A DNA stretch of 48,538 nucleotides from a virus. Its lineage: Duplodnaviria; Heunggongvirae; Uroviricota; Caudoviricetes. Under the pieces are notes generated by a model. That model worked only from the letters and a program-made list of their open reading frames with translations. It did not search any database and was not told the DNA's origin. Shown here one piece after another: positions 1-10,322 of this stretch. Positions within the stretch are counted from its first letter, which is position 1. Each line of letters opens with the position of its first letter. The stretch lies in IMG/VR virus record IMGVR_UViG_2740892445_000002; one strand, written 5' to 3'. The translations under genes were made by a program, and so were the position numbers.

Positions 1-675
1 TTATTCCTGTGCCCAGCCAACCTTATATGCCAGTATCTCATCCGCACTGGTCAGCTTTTCCAGCTCTTTCTTCATCATGCGCTGGCGAACGTGGATTTCC
101 ATCCCTTTCTGAAACATCGCCTTTTCTGCCGCAGCACTGAGCGCGATCAAAGCCTCCGCTGTCATCGGCACGTCATTATTTTCTGCATCTGTCCAGAAAA
201 ATCCCTCCGGCAGTATTCCCGCTTTTGCTGCTGCCACCGACGGCTCAAGACGAACCTGAGTCACCTTGCCGTAGTCCCACTTCCGTCCATTGTACTCAAA
301 CACATACTCCGCATTTTCCATGGCACTTCGCCAGGCATTTATTTCTGCCCCCTTCTGTTCACGTGCTCTGTCAGCCGTCAGCAGGTCGGTGATTTTTTCC
401 CCGTCAAATCCCCAGCGTCCGCTCAGGTCAATTTTCAGGCTTTCCGGTGCGTCCGGCACTTCAGCCACACTCTGGTTCACCGGCCACAACAACTTAATGT
501 CCTTACCATATCCCGTAATCACACCACGGCTGTCATACACCACCTTCAGCGTGTCTTCCGCAAACCTGGAATGGCATTCATACCAGTCCTGACCATCCTC
601 AGATTTCAGGTATATCGCACCCGCCACATCCGGCTCTGCCGGTGTGTAATACGAAAAATTTCTGACATGCATCAT
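1..675 (-). CDS. tfa: tail fibre assembly protein (Tfa-like chaperone)
   Basis: 224 aa ORF starting MMHVRNFSYYTPAEP..., N-terminal region resembles the TfaE/Tfa family; sits immediately downstream of the side tail fibre gene. Confidence 0.75.
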   Translation of the reverse strand: MMHVRNFSYYTPAEPDVAGAIYLKSEDGQDWYECHSRFAEDTLKVVYDSRGVITGYGKDIKLLWPVNQSVAEVPDAPESLKIDLSGRWGFDGEKITDLLTADRAREQKGAEINAWRSAMENAEYVFEYNGRKWDYGKVTQVRLEPSVAAAKAGILPEGFFWTDAENNDVPMTAEALIALSAAAEKAMFQKGMEIHVRQRMMKKELEKLTSADEILAYKVGWAQE

Positions 676-896
676 TTTCCCGTGCCCTCTTCCGATACCG
701 GCACCCAGACCGGCATTTTTTCCGTACCGACTCCCCGCTTCATGCCCGCCGGTGCAGCATCCGCTGCAAAAACTTTATACACGGCATAGTCCACCTCTAT
801 ACCATCCACAGGCCAGTTTCCGGTAGTCTCGTAAACGGCACGCAGGGAGGCCGGATAAAACATATTCGCGGACGGTGAAAAAATATAACGCTCCAT
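672..896 (-). CDS. small hypothetical protein between tail fibre and tfa
   Basis: 74 aa ORF, start overlaps stop of next gene (ATGA coupling); no recognisable family. Confidence 0.4.
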   Translation of the reverse strand: MERYIFSPSANMFYPASLRAVYETTGNWPVDGIEVDYAVYKVFAADAAPAGMKRGVGTEKMPVWVPVSEEGTGK

Positions 897-905
897 AATC
901 CCTCC

Positions 906-2312
906 TCAGTATCCGGTCGCTTCCCAGAAAAACTTACCGGAGGTTCCTCTGACAGTCCTCAGTGTCACCGACTGCAATGACGGTGAGGACAGAGTGTATC
1001 CAGGAATTTTCCCGGGCTCCCCCACCGGAGAAACCTGAACATTCAGCACTGCTGAAGGAAAAACCACCGGAAAACGGATGGAGTGCAGTGATAACGCCTG
1101 ACCATCGGATTCACTTATCACAAGCGTACCCCATTGTCGCATCCGTCCGGTAGCCTCATCACGTTCCCAGCCATTGACAGCCAGACTCGCCGTCGTGGGT
1201 TTATTCCTGGTACCGTAATCCACCCGCCAGTGGTATTTCCGGGTATCGCCATAAACCGTACAGGTACAGACCGTGCCATTAATAAACCCCGTTGCACCGT
1301 ATTCACCAATGGTGACCCGTACAATGGCGGCGTCATATGTTCCCATCACTTCAATGGTACAGCCGCCCAGATTGAGTTTCCCCGGTCCGACATCAGTGAT
1401 GGCCTTATTCATCGCCGCTGGCAGTGATGCCTTCATTATCCAGCAGGTATGGTCAAATGCCCCCTGCTCTTTCAGCCAGGCAACAAACTCTTCTGTCGTC
1501 CACTCACCTGCTCCGGTTGAAATGTCACGCCCGTATGCTCTGGGCACACCAAGCTCACGGATGAAAGCTTCCCTGTCTGTAATATCTTCAAGGCTGCCTG
1601 ATTTTCCCTGAGGCCCGGCAGGCCCCTGTGGTCCCGGATCTCCCTTTGGCCCTGGAGGGCCACCCGGATCTCCTTTCTCTCCCTTTTCACCCCGTTCGCC
1701 TCTGGGCCCTGTGTCCCCCCTGTCACCTTTTGGTCCCACAGGACCGGCTTTACCCTCAGGTCCTGTGGCTCCGGTATCCCCTTTGGGGCCCGGAACACCC
1801 TGTGCCCCTGTTGCACCACGCTCACCCTGTGGCCCGGTTGCACCTGTCTCACCTTTCGGTCCCTGTACCCCCTGCGGTCCCGGGTCACCTTTATCACCCT
1901 TCGGCCCCCTGGCATTCTCTGCCCGTTTTTTGGCCTCCTCTGCACTGGCTGCGGAGGCTTCAGCACGCTTCAGTATTTCCGCAGCCACCGCTTCCAGCTC
2001 AGCGAGGGCTTTCGGATAATATGGCGCATCCTCAAAGTCCATCAGGAATTTATTCAGTGTTCCCGGTGCAGAGTCCGCCTTCACCAGAATGTCACCGACG
2101 TATGACGGCATACGCCCTTCTGTGTTCAGGGTCACACGGTACAGCCCCGGTTCAACATCCATACTGTAGCTGCCTGTCTCCCCCGGCTGCCCGTATGCCA
2201 CCGTGGTGACAATCACCGTTTCTGTGGTGCGTCGCGCTTTCAGTTCTATTGTGCATCCCGGTACCGGCTTCCCCGCGCCGTCCTTCAGCACACCCGATAT
2301 TCTGACTGCCAT
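906..2312 (-). CDS. stf: side tail fibre protein with collagen-like Gly-X-Y repeats
   Basis: N-terminus [17 protein letters not shown]... matches lambda Stf N-terminus; central run of about 35 G-X-Y triplets ([13 protein letters not shown]...). Confidence 0.85.
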   Translation of the reverse strand: MAVRISGVLKDGAGKPVPGCTIELKARRTTETVIVTTVAYGQPGETGSYSMDVEPGLYRVTLNTEGRMPSYVGDILVKADSAPGTLNKFLMDFEDAPYYPKALAELEAVAAEILKRAEASAASAEEAKKRAENARGPKGDKGDPGPQGVQGPKGETGATGPQGERGATGAQGVPGPKGDTGATGPEGKAGPVGPKGDRGDTGPRGERGEKGEKGDPGGPPGPKGDPGPQGPAGPQGKSGSLEDITDREAFIRELGVPRAYGRDISTGAGEWTTEEFVAWLKEQGAFDHTCWIMKASLPAAMNKAITDVGPGKLNLGGCTIEVMGTYDAAIVRVTIGEYGATGFINGTVCTCTVYGDTRKYHWRVDYGTRNKPTTASLAVNGWERDEATGRMRQWGTLVISESDGQALSLHSIRFPVVFPSAVLNVQVSPVGEPGKIPGYTLSSPSLQSVTLRTVRGTSGKFFWEATGY

Positions 2313-2325
2313 AGATTTTCCCCAT

Positions 2326-2359
2326 AAAAAAACCGCAGTGCCGGTTTCCCGGTCTGCGG
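2326..2359 (-). terminator. intrinsic terminator-like hairpin plus U-run just upstream of stf start
   Basis: Minus-strand read CCGCAGACCGGGAAACCGGCACUGCGG followed by UUUUUUU, about 10 nt before the stf ATG. Confidence 0.55.
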
Positions 2360-2688
2360 TAAAAATCGTGGTTTACAGGATTAAAAAGGTGCTATCCGGA
2401 ACCGGAATTCACACAGTGAACTGTGGGTGATCCAGATAATGAGCACTACCGTGATACAAATCACGGTGGTTTTTAACGGTTTTTGCGACACAGAACTTGC
2501 TCCTTATTACGGAGAGGCGCTAACCTGCCACTTGCTTAAGGTAGACGGTTCAGGGCCTCGGGTTAACATTGAAGTTGACTCGGGGCCTTTTCACATCAGG
2601 CCTTCAGGTGTTCCCTCCGGCCATCAGCCAAAGGCACCCGCGCATACTGTACGGTTTTATATCCTTCCGGCAATTCCGGTCATCATGT

Positions 2689-5600
2689 TCACGAAATACT
2701 GATACCCGCCGTGGATTTTTTCATGACCACAACCAGTAAATCACTGATGTATGTTGTCGGCGTCCAGTGGTTCACCCCGTTCGACCACACATTAAACGTC
2801 AGGGTCACATGACCCCGTCCTGCCGGCATATCAATGACGGACGAAAACACCCGGGTGACATCCGTTGCCGGCTCATGAAAAATTACCCTTCCGTTCATCT
2901 GCACCTGTAACTGACACGTGGAATACCATGTTGAAGTGTGATCTTTGCTGGACTGGTGCTCATGTCTCGCCCCCCGGAACAGTACCGGTGGAATGATGAT
3001 CTGCCTGTCGAAGCCCTGGTCATCATAAACGGTGACCGTTATAGTGCCACTGGCATAACTGTTATTCCGTGGGAAAGCTTTCCCCACTGTTTTGACCAGG
3101 TCACCTTCAATCTGGTTTGCAGACAGTTTTCCCAGAATCCGGCAGTTCTGGTTAATGGTCACATTATTGAGCGTGCCAGAGTTCGCATTAATATTTCCGC
3201 TGATATCCGCATTACGGGCCGTCAGCCTGCCTTCCGGCGTCAGGGAGAACACAGGGGGATTGCCGGACGAGGTGATGCTCACCGCAAACAACCGCTTCAG
3301 GAATACGTCGTTCATGAACAACTGATTCCCCTGCGCCACAAACAGCGGCGTGGTGTTGCCGTTCTCCGGGTTAATCATCGCGATACGGTCAGCCTGCAGC
3401 AGAATATTGCTCAGGGTCTGGCCATCAACATCCTCAATCCCCGCACCAATACCAGCAACATACGGAATACCGTTTTTCGTTTTCTGCACCTTCAGCATGT
3501 ACAGTGCGCTCAGGCTGTCATCCGTCTCCTTCTGCACACGCTGTATCTGCTGTATGGTGACACTCTGGTCTTCCAGGATTTTATTGACCGTCTGTGTGAT
3601 TTCATTGCGGGTTTCTGTGATGGTGGTCTTCATCTCCGCCATCTCATCATCAAGCTGACTGTTATCAATCAGCTCCCACATCCCCTGTGCCAGATGTGTC
3701 TTCCCGATTTCTCCTTTGAAAAAGTCCAGATAACCTTCCGCATCATTGCTCGCCCGTCCGGTTGCTTCAACAAAAACGGATTTACCCACCAGGTTGACGC
3801 TGCGCACATAAAACCAGAAATCTGTCCCTGGCTTAATGTGCGAGCCGGAGACGCTCCACTGGCTGCCGGTCCCCAGATAACGGGCGGACGTTTCCACCTG
3901 TGCCGTGTTCGTGATGCGTTTTTCTGAGAACCAGAATTCAAACTGTACCGTCGGATCATACAACGCAAGACGCGGCACTGCTGTTATCTGGAAATAGCCG
4001 GGGGTCAGTTCAATGGTGGCAGGTGCTGCCGGTGCGTTAATCCGGAACGTGGTGGTGGCAGGCTCCCCCAGCTGGCCATAGCTGTTTATCGCCCTGACCG
4101 TCAGGGTGTATTCCCCCAGCGGCAGGCCACTGAAACGGTGCTCCGTGTCGGCGGTGATGGCGCTGGTCACCAGACGGCTGTTTTCACCGGTTCCGCTGGT
4201 CAGGCGCAGACTGAAGCGCACGCCCTTCACCACCCTCGGCGTGTCCCATTTCGCCGCCGCCAGATACTGACCGTCAGACGCGCTTACCTCCACCGTGAGA
4301 TGCTGTACTGCCGGAGGTGTGACACTGTTCAGCGAACCGGACAACGGCTCAAAGGTGGCACCATTATCCACGATGGCCTCCTTCTCCGGCACATGCTGCA
4401 CCGCCGTGATGGCGAAGGTACCGTCCGCATTTTCGCGGATCGCCACACACCGAAACAGACGGCGGCGCAGTCCCGGCAATGCCAGCCCCCAGATACTGTG
4501 TTCCACCACCCCGTCAGGCAGTGTACTGATCTGTATCCTGTCAGGTGATGGCTGCCCGGTAACATCCACACTCACCGGTTTACCGCTGCCGTTTATCAGA
4601 TTCACCGTGGATGTGCCCTTTTCCGGGAGGGTGACTTCACGGTCAAGCGTCAGGGTCCGGCTGGCGTTGTCGACGGACAGGATCCGCCCGCCGATCACGG
4701 TACCGGCATACGCATTATCACTGATTTCAATGATATCGCCCGGCGTGTGACGCAGTCCCTCCGCCCCCACACTGAAATCCACTGTCTGTGTTTCCAGCAG
4801 TTCGGTCTTTATCACCCACAGGCCTGCCCGGTGAGCCTGACCACGGCTGGTACAGCCGAACGCATCCATCTTCAGAAGATTGCGTCCGTAGCGCAGTATG
4901 GCATCCGGATCCTCCACCAGTTCAGTCGATGTCTGCCAGCCATTCTGCGGATCGGTGTAATTCACCTCAACTGCCGTGTGTCTGTCCTTGAGGGCACTGA
5001 AGCTGTAATGAAAACTTACCCCATCCTCCCCCGTCACCACATTACCGGCGGTATAAGTCCAGACAACATCCGATGGTCTGTCCTGAACAAACGTCAGCGT
5101 CTGTCCGTTCCATACCGGCATACAGCGCATTGCAGAGCAGAAATCCCCCAGCACGTCCCACGCCTTACGCTGTTGTGACAGGTACGCATTAAAGGTCATA
5201 CGGGGTTCTGTACCACCAAAGCCATCCGGAACCGGCTGGTCACAGTACTGTCCGAGGGCATAGAGCGCCCACTTGTCCACATCCGCGGCCCCGAGGCGCT
5301 TTCCCATACCATAACGTGGATGCGTCAGCATATCCCACAGACACCAGGCCGGGTTGTTGCTGTATGCCGGTTTCAGAGTCCCGTCCCAGATACCGCTGTA
5401 TGTACGTTTTTCCGGGTCATAGTTTGACGGCACCTGGATGATGCGCCCGCGGATATGGTAGTTCACCGCCATCTGCTGCCCACCGAACTGCTCCGCATCC
5501 ACCTGCAGCCCCACTATGGCTGTGTTCGGGTAGCTCTGTTTCACATCGATGATTTCGGTGTATGACGACCAGAGCGTTCTGTTCTGCAGCTGGTCCGTGG

Positions 5601-6165
5601 TACTGTCCGCCGTCTCCCTGACTATCCGGATATTAAAGGGACGCTCAGGGAGGTTACCGATTATCACCGACGTCAGGTACTGCGAGGTGGTCTTACCGTT
5701 AATGGTGATATCCTTCTCTGTCACCCAGTGCCCGCTACGCTCAAGCTGAATCAGCAACCGGACAGAAGAGGGATTACGGTCACCCTTTGAGGTCGTCTCC
5801 ACCAGTGACTGAACCCCGAAGGTGACCCGCAGACGGTCAATGTTCGCTGACGTGATGGTGCGCGTCACTGGCTTCGCCTTCGTCACCTCCACGCCCAGTG
5901 CGGTTTCCGCACCAGAAGACTCAAAGCCTTCCGGCGGCGTCTGCTCCTGCTCCCCTGCACGCCAGACGGCTGTCACGCCATGTATCACGGGATTACCGTC
6001 CATATCCGTCAGCGGGGTTTTGTTCACCAGAATACTCTGCAGTCCCTTCACCGGACCTTCAACCGGCCCTTCACCAATGGCATCAATCACGCTCATCATC
6101 TGCGTGGACTTCAGGTTATCCTTCGCCTCACGCGGTGTGTGCCCCTTGCCGCCCCCCTTACCCAT
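2689..6165 (-). CDS. J: host specificity protein J (central tail fibre)
   Basis: 1158 aa; N-terminus [22 protein letters not shown]... and extended colinear similarity to lambda gpJ as I recall it. Confidence 0.95.
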   Translation of the reverse strand: MGKGGGKGHTPREAKDNLKSTQMMSVIDAIGEGPVEGPVKGLQSILVNKTPLTDMDGNPVIHGVTAVWRAGEQEQTPPEGFESSGAETALGVEVTKAKPVTRTITSANIDRLRVTFGVQSLVETTSKGDRNPSSVRLLIQLERSGHWVTEKDITINGKTTSQYLTSVIIGNLPERPFNIRIVRETADSTTDQLQNRTLWSSYTEIIDVKQSYPNTAIVGLQVDAEQFGGQQMAVNYHIRGRIIQVPSNYDPEKRTYSGIWDGTLKPAYSNNPAWCLWDMLTHPRYGMGKRLGAADVDKWALYALGQYCDQPVPDGFGGTEPRMTFNAYLSQQRKAWDVLGDFCSAMRCMPVWNGQTLTFVQDRPSDVVWTYTAGNVVTGEDGVSFHYSFSALKDRHTAVEVNYTDPQNGWQTSTELVEDPDAILRYGRNLLKMDAFGCTSRGQAHRAGLWVIKTELLETQTVDFSVGAEGLRHTPGDIIEISDNAYAGTVIGGRILSVDNASRTLTLDREVTLPEKGTSTVNLINGSGKPVSVDVTGQPSPDRIQISTLPDGVVEHSIWGLALPGLRRRLFRCVAIRENADGTFAITAVQHVPEKEAIVDNGATFEPLSGSLNSVTPPAVQHLTVEVSASDGQYLAAAKWDTPRVVKGVRFSLRLTSGTGENSRLVTSAITADTEHRFSGLPLGEYTLTVRAINSYGQLGEPATTTFRINAPAAPATIELTPGYFQITAVPRLALYDPTVQFEFWFSEKRITNTAQVETSARYLGTGSQWSVSGSHIKPGTDFWFYVRSVNLVGKSVFVEATGRASNDAEGYLDFFKGEIGKTHLAQGMWELIDNSQLDDEMAEMKTTITETRNEITQTVNKILEDQSVTIQQIQRVQKETDDSLSALYMLKVQKTKNGIPYVAGIGAGIEDVDGQTLSNILLQADRIAMINPENGNTTPLFVAQGNQLFMNDVFLKRLFAVSITSSGNPPVFSLTPEGRLTARNADISGNINANSGTLNNVTINQNCRILGKLSANQIEGDLVKTVGKAFPRNNSYASGTITVTVYDDQGFDRQIIIPPVLFRGARHEHQSSKDHTSTWYSTCQLQVQMNGRVIFHEPATDVTRVFSSVIDMPAGRGHVTLTFNVWSNGVNHWTPTTYISDLLVVVMKKSTAGISIS

Positions 6166-6206
6166 TGCGTCACCCTTTAGTGTCTGATATCAGTATCTGT
6201 TTATGT

Positions 6207-6238
6207 ACAAAAACAACAGGCACCCCAGAGGGTGCCTG
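6207..6238 (-). terminator. intrinsic terminator-like hairpin in I-J intergenic insert
   Basis: Minus-strand CAGGCACCC-UCUG-GGGUGCCUG followed by UUGUUUUUGU. Confidence 0.5.
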
Positions 6239-6369
6239 TCTGCTGAGTGAATAAAATTCCTGAATTTCTTCACACTTCCGGCAATTACCTGTAGCCACCA
6301 TAATTACGCTGCGTTACTGTTTTCCTGCCTGAAAAATAACTCCATAACGTTAATCTTCATCGTTTATTT

Positions 6370-6403
6370 CCCGCAGCTCCGCTAACTCTGCGGGATTTTT
6401 TTA
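6370..6403 (+). terminator. plus-strand terminator-like hairpin in I-J intergenic insert
   Basis: CCCGCAG-ctccgctaact-CTGCGGG followed by ATTTTTTT on plus strand. Confidence 0.4.
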
Positions 6404-6406
6404 TTT

Positions 6407-7045
6407 TCATCCCCGCCCGATAACCACCACCTTACCGTCTCCGCCTTCATCACGGGTGCTGATGTCCTGGGATATCCGTCGCGACCCCACAAGCATCTCA
6501 CCATAAGGCACCGGCATCGGGTTACCCTGGGCAATCATGTTGTCCAGTGAGGAGAAATACGTGTTCCGTTTACCATTATCTGTTGTCGTGGCAGACGGTG
6601 TTTTCGCCCTGGGGGTGAGCATCTGCGTGATACCCCCCACCATCATGGCCACCCCAAGATTACCGATGACAGCACCAATACCGGTCCAGCTGAATACATA
6701 TCCCACAACAGCCAGAACAGCACCGGCCACCACCTGAAGAACACCGCCGTTTTTTGCCCCCTCCGTCCGGGGCACCAGATGGATAACATTCCCGTCATTC
6801 AACGGCTCACATACTCTGGAATGAAGCTCCTGTTCAGATACATCCCTGCCCGCAATGCGTAACTGATACCATCCCTCATACAGTTTCTGCCGGAATCCCG
6901 GCACCTGCAGCGACAGGGCACGGATGGCCTCCGCAGCCGTGTTCACATACAGGCTGATGCGGCGACCAAATCGTTGTAAATCCCCGTGAAGGCAGATACG
7001 GACCAGTGGCGGTGACGCCAGACAGAATGCGTTCGTCGTTGCCAT
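6407..7045 (-). CDS. I: tail assembly protein I
   Basis: 212 aa, ...ICLHGDLQRFGRRI... and C-terminal GK(R)NTYFSSLDNMIAQGN motif as in lambda gpI. Confidence 0.9.
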   Translation of the reverse strand: MATTNAFCLASPPLVRICLHGDLQRFGRRISLYVNTAAEAIRALSLQVPGFRQKLYEGWYQLRIAGRDVSEQELHSRVCEPLNDGNVIHLVPRTEGAKNGGVLQVVAGAVLAVVGYVFSWTGIGAVIGNLGVAMMVGGITQMLTPRAKTPSATTTDNGKRNTYFSSLDNMIAQGNPMPVPYGEMLVGSRRISQDISTRDEGGDGKVVVIGRG

Positions 7046-7695
7046 TTTTCAGAATACCTCTCCCGTTTACTCAGTTGTTCAGGTATATGGTGAAGCAGTT
7101 CACCATTGCCACAGTAAATGGCAGCATGATTGGGTACCGATGAACCAAAACAGCACAGCAGAATGTCTCCCGCCTGTGCACCGGACAGGGATACCCGGTA
7201 AAAGCCGTTTTCCGCCAGATTGTCCAGGTACAGGTTCTGACCGTTGCGCCACCAGTCATCCTCACGCGCAAAATCCGGCAGCGTTATCCCCGCCAGATGG
7301 TATGCATCCCGGAACAGGGTGTAACAGTCCGTCACACCGTGTTCAAAACGCCGTCCGGTGAGGTGCGGAACGCAGCGGAAATGATGAATTTCGCCCCGGC
7401 AGACCAGCCACCAGGGAATTGCACTTTTTACCTGCAGCCGTCGGTCCGCCTCGCTCAGCCAGGGCAGACCGCCGGGATGACTGTGGACCAGCGCCACAAT
7501 CTCCCCCTGCATATCCGCCCGCAACCAGTCTTCCGGCGCAATACGAAAATACGCCTCCGGCTCTGCAGAAATATTCACGCACGGCTGATACTGCTCCCCC
7601 TCCGGCGTTCTCACCACGAAGCCGCACGACTCCGCTGGCGCACACCGCCGTGCATGCGCCAGAATGGCTGATTCAGTCTGTTCCATGATAATCAC
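6943..7695 (-). CDS. K: tail assembly protein K (MPN/JAB plus NlpC/P60-like)
   Basis: N-terminus ...QTESAILAHARRCAPAESCGF..., HSHPGG motif; overlaps I start by about 100 nt. Confidence 0.85.
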   Translation of the reverse strand: MIIMEQTESAILAHARRCAPAESCGFVVRTPEGEQYQPCVNISAEPEAYFRIAPEDWLRADMQGEIVALVHSHPGGLPWLSEADRRLQVKSAIPWWLVCRGEIHHFRCVPHLTGRRFEHGVTDCYTLFRDAYHLAGITLPDFAREDDWWRNGQNLYLDNLAENGFYRVSLSGAQAGDILLCCFGSSVPNHAAIYCGNGELLHHIPEQLSKRERYSEKWQRRTHSVWRHRHWSVSAFTGIYNDLVAASACM

Positions 7696-8390
7696 TGTGA
7701 AAGTTTATTAATGGAAAGGAAAAAACCGCCGTTTGCCACATTCCCGCGCATTTCACAACCGCGCAGGCACTTGCTGCATTTGTCTTTCCTGATATCCGTG
7801 GTGGGTTTGTCGAACTCGTCAGCCACTGCCGGGCCGTTATACCCACATTCCTCTCCACGGTAATCCCACGGACAGGTATTGGCCAGCATGATACGACCGG
7901 GAAACAGCGCCCCGTCCGTCTCTGCCGGTGTCGCCAGGATAAAGGTCGCCTTTTCGCAGGTCAGCGCTGACAACTGCTCCACCACCCAGCGATCTGTCAA
8001 CTCCTGCTCAGGGTCTGCCTCCGGGTTTCCCGCAACAAAATTCACGGCATCGAGAAAACGGGCGTACACCCGGCGGCGAACCACCGTGCCCCCGACCAGA
8101 CTCTGCAAATCCTCCGCCATGCCGGTGACCAGTCCGAACAGATTCGAGACAATCAGCGACGGTCGCGCACTGCTGCCCTTGCCGTTCATCTCAAAGCCGC
8201 TGCCCTCTATCGGGTATGCCTGATACTGACGCCCCTGCCAGGTGACAGGCTCGCCCTTTTCATTGATTTCACCGCAGAAAAAATAGCGTTCGCCTCCCTG
8301 CGCCTTCAGGTCGATTTCCCACAGCACCACGCGGGCGGACTGCGCTGATTTTACTGCCTCGTTCAGACTCTCCTCATGAATATCCTGCAT
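7692..8390 (-). CDS. L: minor tail protein L
   Basis: Start placed at internal Met (MQDIHEESLNEA...) matching lambda gpL N-terminus; the longer ORF (to 8459) would read through a terminator hairpin. Confidence 0.9.
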   Translation of the reverse strand: MQDIHEESLNEAVKSAQSARVVLWEIDLKAQGGERYFFCGEINEKGEPVTWQGRQYQAYPIEGSGFEMNGKGSSARPSLIVSNLFGLVTGMAEDLQSLVGGTVVRRRVYARFLDAVNFVAGNPEADPEQELTDRWVVEQLSALTCEKATFILATPAETDGALFPGRIMLANTCPWDYRGEECGYNGPAVADEFDKPTTDIRKDKCSKCLRGCEMRGNVANGGFFLSINKLSQ

Positions 8391-8404
8391 ATGTATCCGC
8401 CCAT

Positions 8405-8428
8405 AAAAAAGGGGCGCAGACGCGCCCC
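8405..8428 (-). terminator. intrinsic terminator downstream of porin moron
   Basis: Minus-strand GGGGCGCG-UCU-GCGCCCC followed by UUUUUU. Confidence 0.7.
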
Positions 8429-8595
8429 GAACAATACGTTCAGTTTTAAATAAAACCAATAAAGGTAATAACAGAAAATTAAATCAGCATATGCATGGCA
8501 ATTGCTGATGCAGTGACCAATGAAAACTATGTTTTCATTGATACAGACCGCCTGTAAGGGCAGACGGTCTGTATTTATTAACTTATCAGCAATAA

Positions 8596-9759
8596 TCAGA
8601 ACTGATAAGTCATCCCAACAGCAACGATATTATCTGTCGCAATACCGGCTTTCTGGGTAAATTCGCTTTCATCAATCAGGTTAATTTTATAATCAACATA
8701 AGTGGACATATTTTTGTTAAAGTAATAAGTCGCACCGACATCAATATATTTAACCAGATCCTGGTCGCCATGGTTCACACCACCAACCATAACATCCTGT
8801 CCGCGGGACTGCAGATAAGCCAGAGATGGACGCAGGCCAAAATCGAACTGATACTGAGCAACCATTTCAAGGTTTTGTGCTTTATCCGCAACCCCGGTAT
8901 CACCAAAAGTGGTCATATTCTGGGTTTCGGAATAAATTGCAGCCAGATACAGATTGTTTGCATCATATTTAAGGCCAGTCCCCCACATCTCAGCATACTT
9001 ACCTTTTGCAACGCTGCCGGAATCAACGGACACTTCTTTTTCCGTCACATCCCCCGTTAAAGGATCTTTGACTTCAATAGTTTTGCTACCATTCAGGCCA
9101 TTAACCTGCTTACCTGTACGATCTGACTTAGTATACGCTGCCACAAAACCAAAACCATCAAACTCATAGCTGGCAGAGAAACCATATCCATCACCATTAG
9201 ACTTCTGGAGGTCATCTCGCTCATTTTTTCCCTGATACTGGGCTGCAAAGTTAAGACCATCCACCAGTCCGAAGAAATCTGTATTGCGGTAAGTCAGCAC
9301 TCCGGAAGTACGAGCAGTCATGAAGTTATCAGTCTGCGTCCAGCCATCGCCACCAAATTCTGGCAGAACGTCTGTATACGAACCGACATCATAAGCGATA
9401 CCATAATTACGCCCGTAATCAATGCTACCTAAATCAGCGAATTTCAAACCGGCAAATGCCAGACGGGTTTTATTGCCTGCCGTCCCTTCAGACTCGGCCT
9501 TATTACCTGAAAACTGATATTCCCAGTGACCAAAACCTGTCAGTTGATCATTGATCTGAGTCTCACCTTTAAAACCAAGACGTGCATAGGTCTTATCGCC
9601 ATCATCACCTTTATCGTCTGAGAAGTAATGGAGAGCAGTTACACGACCATAAAGATCCAGCTTATTACCATCTTTATTATAAACTTCTGCTGCCTGAGCC
9701 CCCGCAGCAAACATCACTGCCACTGCAACAGCAGAAAGTGCCACTGTCATTTTTTTCAT
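8596..9759 (-). CDS. OmpC/OmpF/PhoE-family general porin (phage moron)
   Basis: 387 aa; signal peptide then [17 protein letters not shown]..., C-terminal YVDYKINL...VGMTYQF porin signature; inserted between tail genes M and L with AT-rich upstream region. Confidence 0.9.
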   Translation of the reverse strand: MKKMTVALSAVAVAVMFAAGAQAAEVYNKDGNKLDLYGRVTALHYFSDDKGDDGDKTYARLGFKGETQINDQLTGFGHWEYQFSGNKAESEGTAGNKTRLAFAGLKFADLGSIDYGRNYGIAYDVGSYTDVLPEFGGDGWTQTDNFMTARTSGVLTYRNTDFFGLVDGLNFAAQYQGKNERDDLQKSNGDGYGFSASYEFDGFGFVAAYTKSDRTGKQVNGLNGSKTIEVKDPLTGDVTEKEVSVDSGSVAKGKYAEMWGTGLKYDANNLYLAAIYSETQNMTTFGDTGVADKAQNLEMVAQYQFDFGLRPSLAYLQSRGQDVMVGGVNHGDQDLVKYIDVGATYYFNKNMSTYVDYKINLIDESEFTQKAGIATDNIVAVGMTYQF

Positions 9760-9992
9760 TTATTTAGTCCTTTTTAATCTTTTAACCGAACTGTTCACAA
9801 CAGAAACTGTCATAAACATTATTTAAAATATTTAAAATAGCTGCCCATTCAATATTCAAAATGTAAGAGAATGTAAAAAAAAGATCCAGGCAACACTTTA
9901 TAATAAGAAATGAGACAAATAAATATATAAAATAGCAATTTATTATTTTAATTATTTTCACTACTTTTATTTATTTTATTATTTTATCCACT

Positions 9993-10322
9993 TCAGCTTA
10001 CTACCTGTTTAAACTCAGCACTAAATTCCACACGCAGCATATTTATCCTGGAGGTCCATTTAGCACACGTCACCTTTATCTGCCTGTACGTATAAGGCGG
10101 CGTCCACAGAAACGCCTTCCAACCCCCGTGCTCTGCCAGAAAATCTTCCAGCCGTCTGGCATCATCACGGGACACAGACAGCGAAACGTTGTAGATTTTC
10201 AGATCCGCATTCAGCCCGGCAGGCGCACGCTGGGAATACCCGTCCCCAAAACGCACTTCCATAACCGACGGCTCAGAGGTCACTTCCATTCCCGGCTTCA
10301 CTTTCCAGCGAAATGTTTTCAA
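9993..10322 (-). CDS. M: minor tail protein M
   Basis: 109 aa, MKTFRWKVKPGM... as in lambda gpM. Confidence 0.9.
   Translation of the reverse strand: MKTFRWKVKPGMEVTSEPSVMEVRFGDGYSQRAPAGLNADLKIYNVSLSVSRDDARRLEDFLAEHGGWKAFLWTPPYTYRQIKVTCAKWTSRINMLRVEFSAEFKQVVS

Noticed and set aside
2938-3927. 329-aa plus-strand ORF and other plus-strand ORFs inside J
   Set aside because: Antisense shadow ORFs of the well-supported J gene; odd composition.
7692-8459. Longer 255-aa version of L
   Set aside because: Extra N-terminal codons run through the porin terminator hairpin; lambda L homology begins at the internal Met.
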